A stretch of 64,000 nt of DNA from Massalongia carnosa (taxonomy: Eukaryota), in NCBI GenBank assembly GCA_965645245.1, contig OZ287071.1:1240001-1304000 (forward strand), in the 5' to 3' direction. Under the pieces are notes generated by a model. It ran no database searches. It saw only the letters and a list, made by a program, of their open reading frames with translations, and had not been told where the DNA came from. The position numbers were made by a program, and so were the translations under genes. Within the stretch, counting starts at the first letter, position 1; each line of letters begins with the position of its first letter. Shown here piece after piece: positions 39,044-51,551 of the stretch.

Positions 39044-41901
39044 ATGCCAGTGAATAGGACAAGTCCTAAAGTAAGCACAACAGGTCCTTATAACAGCAGA
39101 AACCTACCTTTGGCCCAAGGTCTCCGCTTATCTCGCTCTCCACATCCATACCATCGTAGGAGCTCCTCTGTTCGCAAAAATGATCTTACGATTCCATCAC
39201 ACACTCCCAGGAGACCAATAGATGGCCATACACAAGCACAACTGACGGCAAGTCTGCCGCAAGAGAATGGATTCGATGGGGGGGGTTGTTCTGACGTTGA
39301 TGGCCAGAAGAGACGGGGATATTCCAGCTCTCCCAGCGATAGTGGCACGGAAGCCGATGATGAAAGCGGCGTTTTACGTGGACTACCAGCGCCTGCTATA
39401 AGGTCTCGAAAAGGTTTCAGAGGCTCCACTCACTTCGACCCCTTGAACCCTTTGCTTACGCCATCGTCCTTTGACGAGGATAGTCGAAAGCTGGTCTCAG
39501 ATCATCATTTTAGGCACGACGTCCTCTCGTTACTTGGTGAAGAAGAAAGCTCCAAGGTGAGAGCTAAGTTTATAAGGCGGCGGCAAGCAGAACTTATGCG
39601 GAGACTGTCGGAAACAATCCTGCTTGGTAGTATTGGCTGCATCGCTTGTACAGACTCACCCATTCGTGTATGGAAGAGAGGTAATTATCTGGCCTGGGAA
39701 AGGGAACAGGACCAAAGCTGAAGGGCCCTCCAGAGCTTCTCGCCCATATATTGGTCTTATTCGGGATGTATGCTCTGTACCCACTTCGGATAAGCTATGG
39801 CGGACATGGCAGCGTTCCACGAGGGTGCCTTTCATCCCGCTTCAAGATACCTGCGGACTTTGATCCTGCTCCTCTGCTCTACCCTACGCTCATTCCAGTT
39901 TTCGTAGCGTTATTATTGACGGCTGCAAGCCCAGAAGTGCTGCTACCGAATTTGGTCCTAAGCATAGCATCAATTCCACGACAGGTCATATCATGTTACG
40001 AAAGCGGATTTGATACTAGCTTTATCCACTGGTTCCTCAGTATAATACCCATCTTGGTTTCTGAAGGCCAACCCTTGATACCCCCTAAGAATTCTTCATT
40101 GGTGTACATCCTAGGTCATTCATCGAGTGCAGAGAAAATTACCTTGCTGTACCCTCTTCACCAAGCTTTATTACCATCGTTGGGCTACCTGACAACTACA
40201 AGTTTGTTGCCAGCAGAATTGCAGTTACTCTCTGTATCGATGATCAATGTGCTCGTCTTCGCTGCGTCACCACAAGCCGTGATTTTGAAAGCTCTCCTAT
40301 GGATCGGAGGTCTCAGCGTCTTCATCCTATGTGGCACCGTATTGAAATGGGAAGTCGCCTTGGCGCGAGTACCTAGATGGCGCTTTCGCAATCCCAGACG
40401 TCGATCTCACAGAGACTCTATGCTATTGTTGGCCATTGATAATTTGCTCCATAAATGTATGCGCAAACGGGGCTTCCTATCTGGACCGCAAAACGACTCT
40501 GACAGCGACGAATCTAAAGCGACGAATATTAACTTTTTGCAGTGGAGGAGAATACAAAGGCTAAGGCTACAGATCCAGAGTCGAGATAACTCTGGAAACA
40601 GAATCGACTTTACGCTGCCAATGTCTGCGGCTGATAGCGAGGCGCAAAATACATTTCTGAAATTCCTCAATACTCCAAGTCCACCTGAGATAAAGAGCAG
40701 ACGACGAAGACACACCCTGCCCTCATATGTTTTATGGCCCACGAGTAGCCTTTTGGTTGAGAGTCCAAAAATTTCCAGGCGCTCGCGATTCCCATTCCAT
40801 CTTAGCGACCCTCGCTCTTTTATGTCGTTGACCGAAGCACAAGCCTTTATTGTTAAGTGGTCTTATGCTTTGTATGTCTATGCTGTGGTATTAATAGCTA
40901 TCGCAATGCCAATAAGGATTACCATAAAACGATGGGCCTTGCATGATTATGAACCCGTCGGCTGGGCTCTTGGTTATCTGCTAGGAAACATCCCTCTTTT
41001 CAGACTCCTCGTACATAATCTGGGCTTCGAGAATTGGATCCCTTTACCTTCAGAACCTAATACATTCCCAGATTGGAAACGCTATAACTTGTTAGAAAAC
41101 ATGAGAACTCTTGGCGCCGGCAATATTCGACTCCTTATTTGCACCTACTGCCTCGCCATTCTCGTCCTTGGCCTCCAGACCGTTTTCCGTCTTACAGCCT
41201 TCGTGGAAGTGGACACACGCCGTAAAGTCTTTCATGGAATGATGGTCGTCATGTTCCTCCCTTCCATTCTTATCGACCCTCCGTTCGCTGCCCTCGCGCT
41301 CGTCCTTGTCCTTGCTATGTTCCTTCTTTTTGACCTCTTCCGTGCCTCTCAGCTACCTCCGTTCTCAAAACCGCTCACCCGTTTCCTCGCACCTTATGTC
41401 GATGGCCGCGATCATCGCGGGCCCGTCATCGTCTCTCACATCTTCCTCCTCATCGGGTGTGCCATTCCACTCTGGCTTTCCCTTGCGGCTGTTCCTCGCA
41501 GTGGTCGAGCGCCGTGGGAGGGCTGGGAAATTCCAACACGTGACTTGGACATGATCAGTGGGGTTGTGTGTGTGGGAATGGGAGATGCAGCGGCGTCGCT
41601 GGTCGGGCGGCGATTCGGGCGGCGGCGATGGTGCTGGAGTGGGGGAAAGAGCCTTGAGGGTAGCCTTGCATTTTCAATCGCTGTGATGATAGGCTTAAGC
41701 GCTGCGAAGCTGGGGCTGCATATTGGAGGGTGGGAAGATGGGTACGGACAGGGGAGTGGGAATGGATGGGCGGTGACGGCAGGTAAAATGGCAGTTGCGG
41801 CCACAGGGGCAAGTTTGACAGAGGCGGTTTTGACTGGAGGGAACGACAATGTTATCGTGCCTGTAATTTTGTGGTTGCTAGTTAGGGGGTTGAAGATATA
41901 A
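39044..41901 (+). CDS. SEC59: Dolichol kinase (Sec59-like polyprenol kinase), 2 exons
   Basis: Multi-pass hydrophobic protein with RRKVFH, D.RD..GPVIVSHIFLLIGCAIPLW, GVVCVGMGDAAASLVGRRFG, KSLEGS and NDN motifs; intron ~39681-39733. Confidence 0.85.
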
Positions 41902-42195
41902 TCTGGGGGGTTTCTAGGTGGAGTTTAGGCAAAATTGGCAGGACTTTGGGATCTAGGATTTGGGGTACTGGCAAACAAAGGAATGGGTATTAACAAACTG
42001 GGCGATGATTTGGGCGAGGTTTTTAAGGATCTTACTTTGCAAGGCACTTTGGGGATCTATGGAAAAATCGGGAGACAATGATAAAATAGGGGTTCAAGGG
42101 GCAGAAGCTTTAACCTTATAAGGCAAAATGTGTGTTTCTTATCAGCCTTTTCCCATCATTAAACATTTTTTGTTACCGCACCATACATATGCATT

Positions 42196-42711
42196 ATGAA
42201 GCCGGAGCTTTATCCAAATCACTACACTATTCTAGGAGTCTCATCTCCTGATCCATCGAAGCGGATAGTATCTCACCAGGACATCAAATCAGCTTATCGA
42301 CGCGCGCTTCTGCGTCATCACCCTGACAAGTCCAGGATTCCCATCAAAGCAGCGCCTTTAACCCCAAAATATACTATGGATGAACTAATGCTCGCCTACA
42401 AAACGCTAATCAATCCCACAAGCCGTGCGCTGTACGATCGAAGTCTACTGACCGATCCGTCCGCGCGCAGTGTTAATGATATTGGTGGTGAAAGATCTCT
42501 GCCAGGCTTGGAAACCGTCGACCTTGATGAGCTCGCCTTTGACAACCTAGACGGATTGTGGTATCGTGGCTGCAGATGCGGGGACGACCGTGGGTTTGTG
42601 ATCACGGAAGATGATCTGGAAGAGGAGGTGGAAATTGGGGAGATTCTTATGGGGTGTCGCGGCTGTAGTCTCTGGCTCAGGGTGACGTTTGTCTTGGTGG
42701 AAGATGGTTGA
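42196..42711 (+). CDS. DPH4: Diphthamide biosynthesis protein 4 (J-domain plus CSL zinc finger)
   Basis: HYTILGV..IKSAYRRALLRHHPDK J-domain; ETVDLDEL..WYRGCRCG..F.ITEDDLE..GCRGCSLWLRVTF CSL finger. Confidence 0.93.
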   Translation: MKPELYPNHYTILGVSSPDPSKRIVSHQDIKSAYRRALLRHHPDKSRIPIKAAPLTPKYTMDELMLAYKTLINPTSRALYDRSLLTDPSARSVNDIGGERSLPGLETVDLDELAFDNLDGLWYRGCRCGDDRGFVITEDDLEEEVEIGEILMGCRGCSLWLRVTFVLVEDG

Positions 42712-43502
42712 AATAATGAGGGGTTAAGTAAAGATTGAGAAGGCTTGGAACTGAAGCCGAATGAAAGGGGCGCATTGCTAGACACGCCAAAGCTACTGGA
42801 GTATACGTTGGGTCGCAGCTTCAAGGTCTGGCTCATGAAGCAACGTGCCTTGCGGAGCCTAACATATCCAGCAGATAGGCTAGAGGAGCATATGCATAGT
42901 GAGGATAAATGGCAGGAGCTGAAAGAGATTGGACAAGATGATCAAGATCAAAGATTGGTACGACTGGTGGATTAATGGGTATGACTTGACATGAAGAAAC
43001 ATCACCAGATGACCGGACGCTTTTCTGCTGAAATCTAGTGTTGCTCTCTTGTAGAGACAATCAGCTAATGTCGTCACATCGATGTATATTGCAACCCAAA
43101 AATCCAACGTTGCTGCGAAGGCATACTACGGTCAAAAAGGTTCATCTGCAGGTCTTTTCTCCGATTCTCCTGTACTCCGAGACGTACAATAAGTTAATTG
43201 ATGCTGTTACTCCCTCAACAAGCCAACCATGCCATCCGGATCTATACGTCTAATAAATAGCATAAAAAACTAAGCCCCTTTACATGCATAAGCCATTAGT
43301 TCTCGGTATGAACTGAGTCCCATTACCTAGGATCAACACAATCTGATTAGACTAGAGTTTTGATTGCAAATGTCGTCCTCGTACTCTGTAGTTTCTGTCT
43401 ATAACTCTCAGAACCATCTCATTACAAATCATCTTGCCAACTAAATCACTCGCCCACGCCACTTCAGTTCAAAACAAATCATACTGGAACTACAATAGCA
43501 CC

Positions 43503-44693
43503 ATGTCCAAAACCGTTCAGATCGGCTCAAGTAGCCAATTCAACAAGTTACTTGAAACTTCGAAGATTGTGGTAGCTGATTGTAAGCATATATCCCGCAT
43601 CACGCTTGCCCCCATGATGGCTGGGCGAAGTTTCTTTACACCAGCAGTCCAAAGCAAGCCAGTAAACGATCATTATTGACTATTTTAACCTATAGTCTAT
43701 GCCGATTGGTGCGGACCATGCAAACATATCGCACCGCTATATGAGCAACTTTCTACTCAGTTATCCCGACCCAACAAGATCACCTTTGTCAAAGTGGATA
43801 CGGAGAATCAGCAGGCAATCGCTCAAAACTACAGCGTCACAGCGTACGCAGCCCCATATCTGAGGAGTTTTTTGCGTATTTTCTCTAGCTAATGCAACGG
43901 TGTATATAGGCTCCCTACTTTTATTGTATTCAAAAACAAGAATGCTGTGTCTACGATACAAGGAGCTAATCCGAAAAAGTTATCGGAAGCAGTGAAAAAG
44001 CTCGCCGCGGAAGCAGAATCAGATGGAGCAGGAGGGTTTGAGGAAGCTGGTGGGAGTGGAACAATGTGGCTGGGGTCAGGACTTCCACGGGGTTATAACA
44101 ACGTAACGGATCAAGTGGATCTTAAAGGGCTTGATCTTTTGAACTCTAACAGCGACTTCGGCAAAGCAAGGACCTTGTTCGAGAATTCCAAACCCTCCGC
44201 ATTAGATAACGGCAAAAGCAAAGGCGCCGCTGACGCGAAAGAGAGCACGAAGGACTGGGTAGAAAGCGATACGGATGAGCAACTGATGCTCTATATTCCG
44301 TTCCAGGCGACGCTCAAAGTTCACTCGTTACAAATTACATCCCTGCCGCCGAAAGCTTCGGAAGGCGACGAGGACGAGATCCCTTTGCGGCCTAAGACCA
44401 TCCAGATCTACTCCAACCGGGCGCACGTGTTGGGCTTTGAGGAGGCGGAGGATATTCCGGCCACACAGGCCATCGCGCTGCGGCCGGAAGATTGGGACGA
44501 CAAGACGGGTACGGCGAAGATTGAGTTGCGATTTGTCAAGTTTCAAAACGTCACTTCGCTGGTGATCTTCGTGCTGGATGGCGACGGCGACGGCGAGAAG
44601 GTGCGGATCGATCGGCTGCGGATAATCGGCGAGACGGGGGAGAAGCGGGAACTGGGCAAGCTGGAGAAGATTGGCGATCAAGCTGGGGAATGA
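43503..44693 (+). CDS. TXL1: Thioredoxin-like protein 1 (thioredoxin plus PITH domain), 3 exons
   Basis: Spliced DFYADWCGPCK active site (intron ~43582-43695), second intron ~43844-43909; PITH motifs ESDTDEQLMLYIPFQ and LRFVKFQNVTSLVIFV. Confidence 0.9.
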
Positions 44694-46080
44694 GTAGTGG
44701 TTGTAACTGTAGTTCGATGGGAAGGTTGGAATTGATTCCCCACGAGGAATCTACGAGCATAATGACAAGGCAGCAGGAATAGATCCATGATTGCAAAAAC
44801 GTGTACTCCGTATTCTGTATTCTATCCCAGTGAACGCAGCCCACCGAATCCCAAACAAGAGGGCGAGTGTCCGGTTCCATCAATTTCCATCATAATCACC
44901 ACCCATAAACTTCCCCAGTTCTCCCATCATCATACCAAACAGACCACGCCCCCAAAGAAAGAGAAAAGAAAAATTTTGTTCAACCCTCCCCTCCCATCCA
45001 TCCATGCATCTACTAAAATTCCAGCGGACCGGAACAGAAAGCTTGGAAAATTAGAAAGGAAGAGGCCGACGTTGCAAAACCGTTGTTCTGTGGCGCGAGC
45101 ACCGGCACCCAGCTCATCGTTGGGGGGGGATGATGGGCAACACGGGTGTGTTTTTGGGAGTCGCGCCGCCGCACAAGGAGGGAAAAGGGAAGAGAAGGGA
45201 TGGGGGAAGGGGCTTTTATAGGTATTGGCGGAAAGTGGGACGGGAGAGGGGGCTAACGGTTTAAGGATTAGAAGGGGGAGATTAGTGAAAATTTCCTCTC
45301 GTGTATGCCATTAATGAAATCCCCGGTCCCGGAAAATCTTTCTCCCTCTTCTGCCACCTCGCGAAACAGGTATATAAGTTCCGCAAGATAAAAAATTGTA
45401 TACATCAAAACGGCTGATGATGACCAAAACACAAAACAAAATAGGAAGAGAATGACTTCTCCTTTCTCTCCTTGTTCGCTCTCTTCAACTATCTATTGCT
45501 GATGATGGGTGGACGGGGAGGGAGGGGGGAAAGTGTGATCTTAACTTGACGGATGTTTCTGAAGCCGGTGGTCTGTGTGTGAATTTCCCGTTGAGGGGGC
45601 GTTTCTCATCCTATTTTGTAAGGCAGCTGGCAGGCTTCGAGTTTCTTTGTGGTGGAGGTGGTGCTTGGCTTGGGTGGTTTGGGGGGGGAAGGCGGATGGG
45701 AGAGGGACAGGGAGAGGAGGGGTGGGGAGAAGGGGAGAGGGGATGGTTTGGTGTTTAGGTGGATCGTCTTTACAGAGTACTACATTCTCCGTTATTGATA
45801 GAATGGTATACTGTCCTGCTTAAACCGATCTACTTCTATAAATCATGGCATTCATCGCCTTCTCTACCACCTACCCGTCATCTGCCCCACCTGGATGCTT
45901 TTTGGGTGTCAAGGAGTTGTCAATCGTGGAATAGAATAATGCTTGATTCACGATTCTCAAGTTGGTCTCGGGCGGCCAGATGGCTAAACCCCACCTTGTC
46001 CTCTCGGAGGTTAATTGATACTTCGCTTTTCATACAACATATCTATTTGGAGATTAAGAATACATTCATAATTTAGCGAC

Positions 46081-48503
46081 ATAAGCGAGCAAAGAACGGA
46101 ATACGAGGAACCTGATAGTATTTACAATCATCCTAAACAGCTTTTCGAAGCCATTACAGGGGGAAACCCAAACCTTCCTATTCCAGCGTTTCCGAGCGTC
46201 TTCAAGGTAAAACATGAAGCTACTCAGCGTGTACGTGATATTTTTGCTAGATGGACGAAGTTAAATGGGATCGTTGAAAGACATGAAGATGTTCTACGGA
46301 AGCGATAGAGGAAGAAATCCAGTGTACAACGAAAAAACATACTAGTTACTGCCTGGCCACAAATTCCCACATCCCACCGTCCAGACTTTCAGGCCCTACA
46401 ACAGGAGTCGATGCAACAGCGGCGGACTGGCAGCCGTTTTCGGGACCCTTTTCTCCTTCCGTCAATCAACCTTGAAGATTTGGTGAAAGCGAAACCCTTG
46501 CTTCTACTGCTCAACTCTCGTGGCCGCAACACGCCCGATATATTTGTCAATGCTGACTTCAACGCAACCTACATTTGTACTATAAGTCAGGGGGTTGTCC
46601 CGGTGTATTTAAGTGGGTATACCATGCTTCTGTCAAGACGGAAATCAGCTGTCACCAACGGAAAACTTCTTTCCTGGGATGAGAACGACCAGGCTTTTGA
46701 CATGATGTCAAGTGACGTGGGTATTCAGCCAGGTGAGGGTCTCTTGGTGTTAGAGATTCAACAAAAGGCGCTGCAGTTCCTACTTTCGTGTGTCGAGCTC
46801 ATCTTGTGTGATCTCCCGCTGGATGATATGAGTGTGCCAGTCCAACCACCTCCCTCTGCCCTCGATAGTGGGAGTGGGGATACGGAATGGTCTTCGCTTG
46901 CGGCGGTATGCCTAGAAGCACCTTATCGGGTTCCAGATAAATTCGATTTCCTGCGTATGAAGTCTCTTATCTACGCGAAACGCGACTAAGCAGAAGATCA
47001 CGTTTGGTCCTTGCGGGAAGATCCTGCTTATTTTAGTGACGAGATCAGGAATTGGAGCGAGCATCCACAGGAAACAATTCTTTCGGTAAATGGAAAAATT
47101 CATCCTGTGCTTAGGGTGCCATATTTTGGGAGCGGGTGCTGGGTAATGTTATAATCGATGCGTATGGTAGCTTTGGTTTTTGGAATTTACTATGGCTATA
47201 TTTAACCAAGCTGACGGAAATGAAAGACCGATACGAAACGCAAGACCCCTTGAGCTCAGATTTGCCCGAAGACTGTGAACACGCTCTAGCTCACTTCTCG
47301 TACATTTTGGGACAAGCTTGTAAAGCCTCCCTGCAAACATTCAAGGCAGGAATGCCTGCCTCGCCGCCTCTCCGTGAGCATTATGCACGTGAGCCACAAG
47401 ATCCTAATACCACTATGATTCGAGTAAGGGGTAAGGGTGGCAGGAGCAAAGATCATCTACTGTGGTTGTTGGAGCAGCTGCTCGGTGATGAGCAGGTTCA
47501 TATTTATGGACTCCATAACCTATTGGATGAACTGGAGCGAGTAACTCAACATATGCCAAGGAAAGAAATCGGGTCTCTTCTTGGGTAGCGAATATCTTGT
47601 CAGACTTGTCGATTCTCAGCGAATTGCAACATCAGTTAGCCCTCTCACGGCCTGGTCCACCTATGACCCAATTGCTAGCTCAGTCTAAGCTACAAGAAAA
47701 GTTTTTGCAGCAGCTGACCGATGCTGCAAAAATCCATAATGCTCTTAAGGGGGACCTCAATCTTGCCAGCGCAGGAATATTACTGAAGAGGGTGAACTAT
47801 CCTTCAGAGAAACGAAGAACAGCGGTTACAGCGGAACAAATGCGTAAAGCGGAAAAGGATAAATATGTTCTGGCTGCACGTGGATAAGCACATGATCAAG
47901 CAGACTGGAAAATACATGCATGGGTTGTTGCCGAGTCTAGCGCAGCGAGAATTACAAAGAACACCTGAACTGATTGAACCAACGCCTGTCGCAGCACAGG
48001 AAGGTACAGAAATTAACTCTATCACCGAATCTTTCTCAACAACGAATCTCGATAAGTCAACCCCAGGGTCGGCCTTCCCAAGGAAGAACATATTACTGAA
48101 ACCCAAAACCAAGTCTCAAGGTGCTCCATCTGTGTCAAAGTTGGGCGACACGATGGCTATAGAAGAAACCGCTGCCACTCAATACTCTCTCTCGAGGATT
48201 ACTATAGGTAAAAGAGCGTACAAGGTGTTTGCCACTATATTTCGCTCGCCCACAGAAGATGGAGTCCCTGGCGAATTGCCTTGGATGAACTTTCTGCACG
48301 CCCTGTCTTCGGTGGGATTTTCGGTGGCAAAACTAGATTGCTCAGCATGGATATTTCGCCCAACGCATGAAGCTCCAGAAAGAAGTATCATCTATCATGA
48401 ACCGCATCCAGCATCGAAAATCCCATTTCGGATGGCACGACGTTACGGCCGGCGCTTGGAACGGGCATATGGCTGGACTAAAGAGACTTTTGTCAGAGCT
48501 TGA
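46081..48503 (+). pseudogene. Disrupted gene of a large fungal conserved hypothetical protein with HicA-like C-terminal domain
   Basis: Continuous protein-like reading (AWPQIP..HRPDF, LPSINLEDL, AEDHVWSLREDPAYF, GELPW..FLHAL..VGF, IIYHEPHP..RRYGRRLERAYGW) broken by TAG 46306-46308, TAA 46987-46989 and frameshifts near 47125, 47555 and 47862; in-frame ATA at 46081 may be a mutated start. Confidence 0.8.
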
Positions 48504-49356
48504 CTGCATGTTATGAAGCTTTAGTGCGCCGAGTCTTTTCATGCTTAACGGAAAGAAGGCAAATTTTCAATCAATTTCCTTTCGATTTTGCTGAAAATAA
48601 CAATCTTCAGTTCCCTTAAAACAACAAGCGTTGCCGAATTATTTATCCATTGGTTAAATTTTGGATCATCCTAAGCTCGTCTATTAACATCTTAACAGCT
48701 TTTCCGAATGCTCGAAAACACGAACGGTTTCATCAGTGCTGTGGTTGCTTGATCCTCTTCTTTTTTGACGTATTCGCTCTGCTTTTTATCTTTGCGTCAT
48801 ATTGTGAGTAGGAACGATAGGTGATTTCTGCCACCATTTTCTTGGATAACTTTAGCTTCTGACTCATTTAAAAAGATTATTCTCCAAAATGGTTAAATTC
48901 TCATTGCATGGTTTTACACATGGTCTTTTCTTCATGACATCTTATGATCTAGTCTAGGGGATTTCTTAATGACATCTTGTACTCTATATTCGGTACTCTA
49001 GACACATATCATGATATGCAAATATAAGAGGTACGTAATCCCTCTATTAGAGATACGCAACTGAAGCTCTTAGTTAAGATTCCAGGGGTGAATCAGGCAA
49101 AATGCTCATGCGAACCCAATGAAATACCAACTTATAATATGGGCTCTCCCTACGCTTAGGCATTTAGTGATTGGGATGGTAAAATCATCTTCATCCTAAG
49201 TTCTCGTTGGTGCAGAAAATGTAGTCATTAAATCTGTGCTGCCGCTTGAATCGACTTCTCAACTGTTAAAGAGTTTCATCATGTCACTCTCTCATATGCA
49301 TCTTAAGTCCTACACTTAGTATTAGGAAAACTACACCCATAGTCTTTACTTCCAAC

Positions 49357-50285
49357 ATGTTCTCAAGTAATTATTACGAACCTATACTCTATGAATCGTT
49401 CCGATGGACTTTCTTAATCCAAGCATCCTCAATCGGCCTCCGGTGTTTCCTTCCAAACGGAACCGTCGTCGAATACTATCAGGCGTGTAACTTAACAGCA
49501 GACGATGCTGACAGCATGTGCTGTGCACTTTCGACTTCTGTTTGTACAACCAAAGGGCACTGTTGCGGATTCAATGGATATCTATATCAGGGCGGCTGCA
49601 CGGACTCTACGTGGTGGTCGCCGCATTGCCCCTCGAAGTTTCACGAGATACGAAATTTCCTCCTTGTTTTTTTATAAAACAGTCAAACCTGATGGTCGCT
49701 ATGGAGTAGCCATAGATGTACTTTCGCCTCTTGCCCCATGCGCTAGTGGGGCTGTTACTAGTAATGTCTGGGGGAATGAAGCTAGGAGTAACACCAATTG
49801 CTGCAAGGCGAGGTTCGATTTATGGATACACGAGGCCCGTGACAGCGCTAGCATACCTTTTACTACTACCGCTCGCATCCAAGCCAACAAAGCGGATACT
49901 ACCTTCAGAGGATCTACAAGAATAAAGACCCCTTCGCTCATAAAAATACGTCCTCCACCGCTTCATTAGTATCTACTCCATGAAGTGAAATACCCTCCAT
50001 TATATCACCAGCCTCGTCCACGTACATACATATTTTAAAAACTCACGAGTAATTGGCGCAGGGATAGCTGTACCCTTAGGATTACTCCTTCTTGCATTCA
50101 GTGTTCTGCTCGTCCGAGAACGCAAACGTCGAGTTACCGTAGAAAGACAAGTAAGAGATAGTCTTTTTTCTGGGATTGATACTCCAAGTGAAATTGACTC
50201 GTATCTTGGGCCTCCTCGAGAGCTTGAATATACGACAAATCAGCCTGAAGAATTGCTGATCGATCTTAATATGGGAATCTTATGA
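49357..50285 (+). pseudogene. Degraded Cys-rich ectodomain / Ser-Thr stalk / single-pass membrane protein (Mid2-like architecture)
   Basis: CFLPNG..C..SMCC..C...G.C..YQGGCTD.TW.SP.CP ectodomain; later IGAGIAVPLGLLLLAFSVLLV-RERKRR TM plus basic stop-transfer at ~50052-50130; no continuous frame between them; expected donor reads ATACGA rather than GT at ~49648. Confidence 0.6.
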
Positions 50286-51551
50286 TGTATTTGCGATGAA
50301 GAACTGTGATATCCTGGGGGAATGAGGCGAACTAGTTCAAGTATTTGTTGTATAAGTTGAAGATTGATTGTGCTTAGTTGGCAGTCGCTGGATCTTTCAA
50401 TCTTCTTCTCTTCCCTCGATACGTACTTTCATGAATTTAACCGCAGTAAATCTCTCCTTTCTTTGGGGGCTGAAGCTGCTTGGGTACTACCATCAATGAA
50501 ATTGGAGCCCCCCCCCTTTCGTACACGGTCCAAAAGTGCCGTTGTGTTCTTTCTCATATTAATGTAAGTAATATGTTCCTACTCTATGCTTAACAACACA
50601 ACTTCCCATACATAGCAAGACGTGGCCATAACAGCCCACGTATTCGAAATTCTTCTGGTCTATCTTCGAATAACCGAGAAAATTATGCAGATAGATACGA
50701 TTCACACTTGCTATGTATCGCTAACCCCTGAGTCTCCGGTTTTTGGCGAGATGTTAAACACGCTCTATAATCCAGCAAGAGCAAACACCCAGCCAATTAC
50801 CAAAACGCCGAGCCGAGTAACAACACCAGGTATCCATTCGAGGCCACGTTTCTCCTAACTGTTACCTTAACAGGGCGGTGGCTGGAGAAGGAGGTGGAAG
50901 AAAACAAGGGAGGAAAATCAACGTGCGAGCCAGATGAGCTGCAAGGCCGACTTTGATGGTTTCAGATACATGCAAGGTCTCCGAGTCAACTCTCGTCTCC
51001 TCAAATGTATAGAAATGGCGACGGAGGGGCATGTAGGCTAGGGTTTGAGTTCAGGTCGATGTAGGGGGAATGGAAATGAAAACGGGGATAGGAGTCGTTA
51101 TAAAGGGCAGCCAAAGGGGGAGCGCTTAGTTTTGAGTTTTCGTTATGATGGAAACAGGTGAAGTTTGCAGAATCAATGAGCCCCTTTTCATTAGAGTGTA
51201 GATTATGTAAGAAAACCATAGGTTCAGGCGCTAGCTAACCCTAACTAGCTATTGCGGCAAAGACCTCGGTTAATCTGACTAACCGGGTTTCGTTGCGCTT
51301 CAACAGGTTTTACGACGACAGATAATGACGCTGATGTGAGTCTTGCATTTAACAGCAAAATGTATCATCAGAGTAGATTATTTGCTAGACTATCACGTAC
51401 TTCGATCTGGTTCGATTCATTGAAATCAAACTTATCAGGATGGGAGTAACTCTTCTTAACCAACTTCACAAGCCCTCCTTGTTCCAATATTGATACTGAA
51501 CGGCTTTTGCTTATATTTTCGCGAATTCTGTAGCACAATTTGACGGCTCGA

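Noticed and set aside
42745..43253. Short ORFs between DPH4 and TXL1
   Set aside because: Mostly non-ATG starts, mutually overlapping, no recognisable domain.
51236..51246. CTAACCCTAAC telomere-like sequence
   Set aside because: Under two repeat units; expected by chance.
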